Shown here: one piece after another, positions 51,445 through 58,758 of the stretch | Layout: each line of letters begins with the position of its first letter | Numbering within the stretch: the stretch's first letter is position 1 | Assembly: GCA_963823555.1 (NCBI GenBank) | Contig: CAWGMA010000002.1 | Coordinates: 640,001 to 704,000, forward strand | Origin: Candidatus Eiseniibacteriota bacterium | Lineage (GTDB): Bacteria > Eisenbacteria > RBG-16-71-46 > CAVPCR01 | Direction: 5' to 3' | DNA: 64,000 nt | Program-made: the position numbers and the translations under genes | Notes under the pieces: generated by a model | The model's database searches: none | The model's input: only the letters and a program-made list of their open reading frames with translations | What the model was told of the DNA's origin: nothing

Positions 51445-52404
51445 ATGCGGACTCTGCTCGAATCTCAGTTCCTGCCGATGCTCGCCGCCGGCTTGCTGCT
51501 GGCTGCCTTGGCCCACGCGCAGGATGGCCCCTGCCAAACCGCGTCCAGGTTCGGCCCCGATGATCAGATCGGGAACGTCAGGCACGTTACGCCGGCCAAG
51601 ACGCTCTCCGCGTCGAAACTGATCACCGCGGGAAAGTCCTACCGGCTCGGCATCGAGACCAACAAGGACACGCCCGCATACGGCACGCGGAGATTCAGCA
51701 TTACCGTGCTGCAACCGGACCAGGCCGGCGGCGTCGGTATGGGGCCGACCAAGACCACCTACAACGACGACATCATCACGGGCTGGGTCGGCATCGGTTC
51801 GCAGATCGACGGGTTGGGGCATGTCGGCATCGACAATGTCTATTTCAACTGCAACAGGGCGGCCGACTTCGTGCGCCCGGACGGCCTGACCAAGCTCGGT
51901 GTCGAGAACATCCCGGCGATTGTGACCCGGGGCGTTCTTCTCGACATCGCCGGGTATCTTGGCACCGACATCGTGAAGGAGGGCACCGCGATCAACCGGG
52001 CTGAGATCGAGGGGGCGATGAAGCGGCAGAGCATCAAGGCAATCGAGAAAGGTGATGTCGTGCTCTTTCACACGGGATGGATGCAGCTCCTCGGAAAGGA
52101 CAACGAGCGCTTCATCTCCGTTGGCCCAGGCCTCGGGCGCGATGGCTCACGATACCTCGCCTCTTTGGAGGTGGCGGCGGTCGGCATCGACACGCCGAGC
52201 TTCGAGGTGATCCCCTTCGAGAACGGCGCCGGCGTATACGAGGTCCACCAGATCCTGCTGGCGATGAACGGCGTCTACCTGCTCGAGAGCATGAATACAG
52301 CCGAGCTTGCACGCGACAAGGCGTGGGAGTTCTTCTTCACGCTTGGAACGCCGCGGATAACCGGTGGCGTGCAGGCGATCGTCAATCCGATAGCCATCAA
52401 GTAG
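51445..52404 (+). CDS. Secreted cyclase-family (kynurenine formamidase-like) metal hydrolase
   Basis: FGPDDQIG, GSQIDGLGH, TRGVLLD, GDVVLFHTGW, VHQILL..NG..LLE, NPIAI. Confidence 0.88.
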   Translation: MRTLLESQFLPMLAAGLLLAALAHAQDGPCQTASRFGPDDQIGNVRHVTPAKTLSASKLITAGKSYRLGIETNKDTPAYGTRRFSITVLQPDQAGGVGMGPTKTTYNDDIITGWVGIGSQIDGLGHVGIDNVYFNCNRAADFVRPDGLTKLGVENIPAIVTRGVLLDIAGYLGTDIVKEGTAINRAEIEGAMKRQSIKAIEKGDVVLFHTGWMQLLGKDNERFISVGPGLGRDGSRYLASLEVAAVGIDTPSFEVIPFENGAGVYEVHQILLAMNGVYLLESMNTAELARDKAWEFFFTLGTPRITGGVQAIVNPIAIK

Positions 52405-52532
52405 CCGCGAAGCAAGTCCGGTGGGTTCGGCGATCCAGTTGATCCGGGCTAGTCGACTCGACGAGATCTATCGCGGCCTGGGGTGGGCGGCGCCTCCTCC
52501 AGACCAGGACGCCGGTTGCCGATAACGTCCTC

Positions 52533-53296
52533 ATGGCCGGCGTCGTTCTGGTAGCTGCCTTCGTCCTTCCCCTGGGGCTTGCCCTGTGGTCGCACCGCGT
52601 CGCCCTGCGCGAGCGGCCCCCCTCGTACTTCGCCTTCATGCAGCGTAGCCAGTGGGTGGGTCTGGTCTCCGCCCTCCTCTGGCTCCCGCCGGCGTTCCGG
52701 CTCCTCTTGCCGGCAGTTCACGCGGGGTTGGGCGACAACGCCCCCTGGCTCAGGTGGGGGGTGGCCATGGGAGTCCTGGCGGGTCCACTCGTCGTTTCCC
52801 TCGCCACGCTCGCCGCTCTCGGCTTCGATGTCGCGCGCCGGGCGGGGCTCACTGATTGGACCTGGCGCGAGGCGCGCCGCGATGCCCTGCTCCTTCTCGC
52901 CGGCACGCTGCTCCCGCTCACGATAGGCGCCGAGCGCATAGGATCTTTCATCGGCCCTTTGGCCTGACCTCAAGTATAGGACGGGGGATTGGGGAAGGGG
53001 AGGAGCGTGTCGGGGGGGAGCGGAGGGGCCCATGGCGCCGCGATGGCACGGCGGGGCGATGGCATCGGCCCATTGCTGAGCGCGGCGCGCGGCTAGGGCA
53101 CGGAGGTCCCCCACCACTCCGGCGGGATGCGCGGAGCGTCGCGGGGTTCTGGGGAATGGTCCTGTTCTGGGGATTCGTATGGCCGTGGCTCCTGATCGCC
53201 GTCCATCGCCGCCCCCTCAGGCGGCTGGTCGAGCGCATCATCGGTGAGGTCGATGCTGCGGGCGTTCCGGCGGGGTCGCCGCACCGAGCTGCCTGA
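52533..53296 (+). pseudogene. Multi-TM membrane protein interrupted by the 216-bp element
   Basis: Removing 52935-53149 (or 52934-53145) restores one frame: LLPLTIGAE-(F)WGMVLFWGFVWPWLL. Confidence 0.65.
52934..53149 (-). mobile_element. 216-bp ISCR/IS91-type oriIS mini-element, copy 2
   Basis: Same length and ends as 34717-34932 with few substitutions; no target duplication. Confidence 0.8.
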
Positions 53297-54254
53297 GCCT
53301 GCCGTGCCCGTCCGTTCCGTGCTCGGGCCGGCGCTCAGGTCCGCCCTCGTCTTCGCCGACGAGGCGACGTCCATCGTCCTGACGCAGTCCCTCTACGTTT
53401 TCCACTTCCCGGTCGCCGCCGGCGGCAGGATGTTCGCGCGAGCGGCCGGCCGGCGCGGGGCGCTCCCCGCTCCGGCCGAGCGCGGGCTCTACGAGCTCGC
53501 GGCCGACGGCTCGAACGCGGTACGGCGGATCGGCCCGCTGATGGGCGACGGATCGGCGGGCGATCTCTTCGTCAACGCGACCGGGACCCGCATCGGCTAC
53601 GTCAGCGGAATGGACCGGCGCCAGTTCATCTTCCTCCACGATGTTACGACCGGGACGCTTCTCCATCAGATCGATGTCACCGAGATGTTTCTGGACTGCT
53701 ACGCCACGAGCGTCGGCTGGGTCCCGGGACGCGAGCGGCTCTACTTCTCGCTCGACACCGGGGATGCCGACCTCACCTCGGAGGAATCGTACGACCGGGT
53801 GGGGACGTACTTGATGGACGAAGACGGCAGCCATCTCGAGCGACTTGCTGTGTTGCCGCTCGACGACGGATCGCCGCCGCTCCTGGCGGCACGGGCGATC
53901 GGAGTGCTGCCGAGCGGCGAGTATCTCTTCGAAACGATGCAGCCCGCGAGCGGGGAGGAGCGCGAGCGCCATCCGTTCCGCTTCTCCCTGATCCGGGCGC
54001 GGGCGGACATGGGAGAGGGCACGGACGTGAGCTTCACCCCGGCGGCCACGTTGTATACCGGGATCCAGGTCGCATACTCGCTTTCCTCCTCAGGACGGTA
54101 CGTCGCGGCGGCGAGCCTCCCGCTGTCCGGCCGGGCCGACTCGTGCGACGTGTGGCTCAAGGACCTGGACCGCGGCGAGGAGCGGATCGTCGTGTCCATC
54201 CCGACGGCGGGCTTGCCGGGACCGTTCCTGGGGCTTGCCGGTTGGTTCGAGTAG
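53244..54254 (+). CDS. Hypothetical protein, possible beta-propeller (start uncertain)
   Basis: Long GC3-biased ORF; LAADGS, MDEDGS, LSSSGRY, VWLKDL patterns. Confidence 0.55.
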   Translation: MRSMLRAFRRGRRTELPEPAVPVRSVLGPALRSALVFADEATSIVLTQSLYVFHFPVAAGGRMFARAAGRRGALPAPAERGLYELAADGSNAVRRIGPLMGDGSAGDLFVNATGTRIGYVSGMDRRQFIFLHDVTTGTLLHQIDVTEMFLDCYATSVGWVPGRERLYFSLDTGDADLTSEESYDRVGTYLMDEDGSHLERLAVLPLDDGSPPLLAARAIGVLPSGEYLFETMQPASGEERERHPFRFSLIRARADMGEGTDVSFTPAATLYTGIQVAYSLSSSGRYVAAASLPLSGRADSCDVWLKDLDRGEERIVVSIPTAGLPGPFLGLAGWFE

Positions 54255-54272
54255 CCGCTGCTCCACGCCTCG

Positions 54273-54362
54273 CTTCAGGAGGCGGAGAACTTCGCTTGCT
54301 TCGGCGGCCAGTACCGGGAGTACATGGCGCGCACTCGCCGGTTCATCCCATTCGTTGTATGA
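54273..54362 (+). pseudogene. C-terminal fragment of an isoprenylcysteine carboxyl methyltransferase-family protein
   Basis: LQEAENFACFGGQYREYMARTRRFIPFVV*. Confidence 0.6.
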
Positions 54363-54396
54363 TGTACATGGGTGCGCGCGCGGGGATGGTGGGACC

Positions 54397-54990
54397 ATGC
54401 ACGTCTACATAGTCTTCGCTCATCCGAGCCACAAGTCCTTCAGCAAGAGCGTGCTCGCCGCCTTCACCCGGGGTCTCGAGGAAGCGAGGCACAGCTACGA
54501 AGTCGCCGACCTCTACGCGATCGGCTTTCAGTCGGAGATGGATGAAGCGCAGTACCTCCGAGAGACCTCCGGAAGCCCGGATCTGCCGGTGCCCCGAGAC
54601 GTCGAGCGCGAGCAGGCCAGGATCAACGGCGCCGGTGGGCTGGTCTTCATCTATCCGGTGTGGTGGAGCGATTGTCCGGCGAAGCTCAAGGGGTGGTTCG
54701 ACCGGGTCTTCACCTGCGGGTACGCCTACCTCTATGATGCGACCGGGACTCGCCGCACCAGGATGAGCATCGAGAAGGCACTTGTCGTGTGCTCGGCGGG
54801 CCACACGGCGGAGCACCTGGAGGAGACCGGCATCGCGGACAGCATGCGGCGCATCATGCTGAACGACCGCCTGCTCGGGGTCGGCGTCAAGGAAGCCCAC
54901 ATGGAGATCCTCGGCGGCATGATGCCGCTCGACGACACGCACCGCGAGCGGAATCTGCGGAGAGCCTACGAGCTGGGCAGGGGGTTCTGA
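54397..54990 (+). CDS. NAD(P)H-dependent oxidoreductase (flavodoxin-2 fold)
   Basis: FAHP..SF, DLY..GF, YPVWWSDCPAKLKGWFDRV. Confidence 0.9.
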   Translation: MHVYIVFAHPSHKSFSKSVLAAFTRGLEEARHSYEVADLYAIGFQSEMDEAQYLRETSGSPDLPVPRDVEREQARINGAGGLVFIYPVWWSDCPAKLKGWFDRVFTCGYAYLYDATGTRRTRMSIEKALVVCSAGHTAEHLEETGIADSMRRIMLNDRLLGVGVKEAHMEILGGMMPLDDTHRERNLRRAYELGRGF

Positions 54991-55085
54991 GGGTTCGTCG
55001 CGGCACCGGAGGCGCCGGCGGAGAGCGCGTGCCGCGCACATTGCCGGCTGGCAGCACGCCCGCCGAGCGACGGAGGCGATTCGAG

Positions 55086-55472
55086 TTGGCCATTCTGGTG
55101 GTGCGGTTGGGCAGCCCGCGGACACGCGATGAGGGCCTGCGCCTGGGGACGGTGCGCCGCCCGCCGCGCGGCGTGCCGAAGGCGGAGTACGCGTCCCGGA
55201 ACTTCTACGATGTGTGGGTGCCGGAGCTCGCGCCCTCGGAGGGCTTGCTCAAGGAGGCGCTCGGAGCTTCCGACGAGCGCGCATGGCGGAGCTTCGTGCG
55301 GCGATACCGCGCCGAGATGAAGCGCCCCGAGGCCACGCGCCTCCTCGCACTCCTGGCCGCGCTCTCCCGCCAGACCAACCTCTCGGTGGGCTGCTACTGC
55401 GCGGACGAGGAGCGCTGCCACCGTTCCGTCCTCAGGTCGCTGTTGCAGGAGCATGGGGCCGACCTGGCTTGA
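55086..55472 (+). CDS. DUF488 family protein
   Basis: VRRPPRGVPK, W.PELAPS, F.RRYRAEM, GCYC.DE.RCHRS.L. Confidence 0.85.
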   Translation: MAILVVRLGSPRTRDEGLRLGTVRRPPRGVPKAEYASRNFYDVWVPELAPSEGLLKEALGASDERAWRSFVRRYRAEMKRPEATRLLALLAALSRQTNLSVGCYCADEERCHRSVLRSLLQEHGADLA

Positions 55473-55492
55473 TGGAGGTCGGCGCGGCGGTG

Positions 55493-55909
55493 ATGCAGTT
55501 GAAGGGACCCATAAGAGCTCTGCTGATCATCTTGGGCACCCTATGTGTGGTGCTGGGACTGCTGGGCATGCTCTTGCCGCTGCTGCCCACCACTCCCTTC
55601 CTGCTGCTGGCAGCTATCTGCTATGCTCGTAGCTCAGAGAGGTTCTATCGCTGGCTGATAGCCAATCGCTGGTGTGGAGCGTACATCAGGAACTTCCGAG
55701 AAGGCAGACACATACCAGTCAAGCAGAGGGCACTCACCATCCTGTTGCTTTGGCTGACAGTCGGCTCTACGGCGTGGTTGGCGATTCCACATTGGTGGCT
55801 GGTGTTGATTCTGCTTGGCGTTGCCATCGGAGTCACCACCTATCTGTTGAGACTGTGGCCATTCAGACCGAAACCACAACCTCGCCCATCGCTGACGGAG
55901 TTCGAGTAG
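55493..55909 (+). CDS. YbaN/DUF454 family membrane protein
   Basis: LPLLPTTPFLLLAAICYARSS.RF..WL. Confidence 0.9.
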   Translation: MQLKGPIRALLIILGTLCVVLGLLGMLLPLLPTTPFLLLAAICYARSSERFYRWLIANRWCGAYIRNFREGRHIPVKQRALTILLLWLTVGSTAWLAIPHWWLVLILLGVAIGVTTYLLRLWPFRPKPQPRPSLTEFE

Positions 55910-55916
55910 GAGTCAC

Positions 55917-56297
55917 TGTACTAGTCCAGCGATTCTCGGCCCGAACTCCCTGCCGCTATCCAGTTTCAAGCGTTGATCTTACGGCTCTTGTTCGGCCCTT
56001 CAGCCCCTGAATTCAGGAGGACCCACCTGGAGGCTTCTGGCACCCCCTGCGCTCGTACCCCCCTCGGCGCGGGTGAGGGTCCACCCGTCGCGGCCAGCGA
56101 CATGGCCTGGAACAGGGCGGAGCGGACGTACCGCGTCCAGCTTGTCGGCAGGGCGACGGTGTGTGACACGCGAGTGGACATCATCCTGCGCCTCCCGGAA
56201 TTCAATTGCGAGATCGTTCACGCGCAAAGGACAACATCCGCTCTCGCAACACATTCAGCCGCGGGGGCGGGGCGCCGAGAATCGCTGGATCAGTACA
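55917..56297. mobile_element. 381-bp MITE, copy 2
   Basis: Same IRs and length as 28852-29232 with a handful of substitutions. Confidence 0.88.
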
Positions 56298-56689
56298 GGG
56301 CAGGTGCCGCCGGCGAGCGCGGGCGGTTCTTCCGCACCCGCCGCGAGCAGGACTCTCTCCGGGAGCGAGGGAGTTTCGCGTCCCATCCGCCCATTTCGCG
56401 ACCCCATCTCGGGCCGCCAACGCGTACGGTTCGCTAACAAAGAGTCGCGCCCGCCGCGCGCGTACTCGCAACTCGGTGCCATTTCTCGCGTAACGCCGCG
56501 ACCCCGGCGGATCGCTCCACGGGGCCACACGTCAACCACGGGGTCGCTTGCAGCTCGCGACTCCGGACGTTGGCTCCCCACCTTGGACGGTGTGCGAACG
56601 ATTCTCGTTCTTCGAGCGCCCCGGTCATCCGGCCGGACATCCGCCTCCCCCCGCGGCCGAGAGCCCCCTCCATCCCGAGGCGACCAGGG

Positions 56690-56793
56690 AGATGGCATGG
56701 AGCAGGGCCGATCGGACGTGCTGCGTCCAGCTTCTCGGCAGCGCGACGCGGTGCGAGACGTGAGAGGACGTCATCCTGCGCTCCCGGTAATTC
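56690..56793 (+). repeat. Diverged relative of the MITE internal segment
   Basis: atggcatggagcagggccgatcggacg...gacgtcatcctgcg aligns with 56102-56203. Confidence 0.65.
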
Positions 56794-56849
56794 CGCTGCC
56801 GCTCTTCGCAGTGGACCCGCCGCCCGTGCCAAGGTAGAATCGGTTCCGC

Positions 56850-57326
56850 ATGGACTTCGGTGAAGCCAAACGAATCCTGGCCGCCTTCGAGCGAGAGGGA
56901 GTCCGTTACGTGCTCGTGGGCTCGATGGCCATGGCCGCGCAGGGGCTCATCCGAGCCACGCGGGACATGGACTTGTTCGTGGCTGCCGACCCGGAGAACA
57001 TCGCCCGTCTCCGCCGTGCGCTCAAGACGCTCTTCCCTGAGGATCCCAATGTGGACCTGATCACGGCAGAGGACCTCGGGGGAAGCTATCCCGCGATCGA
57101 GTACACACCACCTCATGGCCTCTACTCGCTCGACATCCTGACCCGGCTTGGCGAGGCGTTCCGGTTCGAGGACTTGGAGGCGGAGGCGATCGTCGTGGAG
57201 GGCATCACGATCCGGGTTGCCACGCCGCGCGCGCTTTACCGCATGAAGAGGGGGACGGCCCGCCCGCAGGACCGCATTGACGCCGCCGCTATCCGTGAAC
57301 GATTCGATCTCCCGGAGGATGCCTGA
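56850..57326 (+). CDS. Nucleotidyltransferase-fold protein (AbiEii/MNT-like)
   Basis: YVLVGSMAM..G..RATRDMDLFV...L..MK..T.RPQD..D. Confidence 0.8.
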   Translation: MDFGEAKRILAAFEREGVRYVLVGSMAMAAQGLIRATRDMDLFVAADPENIARLRRALKTLFPEDPNVDLITAEDLGGSYPAIEYTPPHGLYSLDILTRLGEAFRFEDLEAEAIVVEGITIRVATPRALYRMKRGTARPQDRIDAAAIRERFDLPEDA

Positions 57327-57637
57327 TGGGAGTGCGGCGATACCGATCCGTGGAGGATATGCCCGCGGGCTCTCCCCGCCGCCCGCTGGATCCCGAGAAC
57401 CTGGTGATTGCTTTCGGGCTCATGGATCTCGCGCACCGCATCGCCGCATTGTCATTCCCGCCCGGCATCAAGAAGTACCGCTCCCATGACGAAATGCTGC
57501 GCGCGCGCGAACGGTGGGCGGCGGCCGGGACCCACGGGTCACGCGACGGAGACGATTGCGGACTTCAAGGCCGCGGGGATCCGCACCTACATCCCCGAAC
57601 CCAAAACCCCCGGGGGCCGTCGCCTCTGGAAGGGTAA
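57326..57637 (+). CDS. Small partner protein of the nucleotidyltransferase (3' end replaced by IS sequence)
   Basis: TGATG-coupled start; internal repeat GVRRYRSVEDM / GIKKYRSHDEM. Confidence 0.55.
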   Translation: MGVRRYRSVEDMPAGSPRRPLDPENLVIAFGLMDLAHRIAALSFPPGIKKYRSHDEMLRARERWAAAGTHGSRDGDDCGLQGRGDPHLHPRTQNPRGPSPLEG

Positions 57638-57650
57638 ACCACCGGCCCCG
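57537..57650 (+). mobile_element. IS1182/IS5-like DDE transposase fragment
   Basis: HATETIADFKAAGIRTYIPEP...RRLWKGK resembles the segment after the ADKGY motif; family call tentative. Confidence 0.5.
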
Positions 57651-57694
57651 TAGTATCTGCCTGTGCCTCCCGAAAACTGTCTCCCTGTCTGTCC

Positions 57695-57821
57695 CTCCAC
57701 CCAGCAGCGTGGCGTACAGACTCTTGTCGTCCATGACCGGTCCTCCAGGGGGTACTCGCCCGCCCCGAAGGTAGCACCGGTCAGCTCAGCTCGTTTCGCC
57801 CACACGAAAGCCTGAAGAGCC
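57695..57821 (-). mobile_element. ISL3-family left end and transposase start
   Basis: Minus strand starts GGCTCTTCAGGC; GGAGG RBS then MDDKSLYATLLG. Confidence 0.7.
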
Positions 57822-58358
57822 GATATTTCATCGGGCTTTTGGCCTGACCTCAAGTGTAGGAGGGGGGATTGGGGAAGGGAAGGAGCGTGTCGGGGGGGAG
57901 CGGAGGGGCCCATGGCGCCGCGATGGCACGGCGGGGCGATGGCATCGGCCCATCATTGAGCGCGGCGTGCGGCAAGGGCACGGAGGTCTCCCATCACTCC
58001 GGCGGGATGCGCGGAGCGTCGCGGGGTTCGCTGCCGTTTTGGGGCGGGCCGGTGGTGGTGGCATGGCTTGCCCATAGCCCCGTCACCAGCGCGGGTGAGG
58101 TGTCACGACGGTGGCGGCCGGGCCGATGGAGACCGCGAGGCGGGGGGTGCCTCACCAACATCGTCCACGCGATCGTGGTCGAGCGGCGCTGCCTCATCCC
58201 ACATCTCAAGCGGGAGCTCGGTTGCCTCGGCTCGCGCCAGCGCTGGTGGCGCGGTGGGCAGGCGGAGATGGCGGAGGATCGAGGTCAGCACCTTGGGGTC
58301 GGAGATGAGGGCGAGGACGGCCATGGCGGAGGTGCAGCGGGGACAGCGCAGAGCGTCG
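57822..58358 (-). mobile_element. ISCR/IS91-type element 3' portion (transposase C-terminus + oriIS region, ori tip cut by ISL3)
   Basis: Near-identical to ~61227-61767; DALRCPRC..AMAVLALISDP.VL..ILRHL.LPT.PP. Confidence 0.88.
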
Positions 58359-58590
58359 GCGGGTGAGGGCGAGGGGGGGCGCGGGCCGCATAGCGAGCGA
58401 GCGGCAAGAGGCCGCCGAGGTCATCCCCATCGAACCACGTCAGCGCAGCCATGGGCGCTTCTACTGTGATCCGTCACGCCGGCGGGGGCTCGCCGTCGGC
58501 GATAGGCCCGTTGCCGATCCCGTTGATCGAGCCGGTCTTCCTCGCTTTGCTGGTGTCGGCGGTTCGCCTCGCGTCGCTGCCCGCACCGCG

Positions 58591-58678
58591 CTTGGACGCG
58601 CCGAAGGCGGCCACGAAGAACTCGACCGGGAGGCACTCGCCGGTCCTGGGATCGACCAGGTGGGGCTTCTGGCCGGCG
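58591..58678 (-). mobile_element. IS21-family IstA fragment
   Basis: AGQKPHLVDPRTGECLPVEFFVAAFGAS. Confidence 0.7.
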
Positions 58679-58758
58679 GTGAGCTGGGCCGGCTCCCAGG
58701 CCGGCCCAGGTTGCGGATCACAGCGGCGAGTCCAGTGCTCTCGTCACCCGTGGATTGC

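Noticed and set aside
56571..56600. tggctccccaccttggac... as a tRNA gene or att site
   Set aside because: It only loosely resembles a reversed tRNA 3' end; there is no TTCGAA arm or cloverleaf and no recombinase
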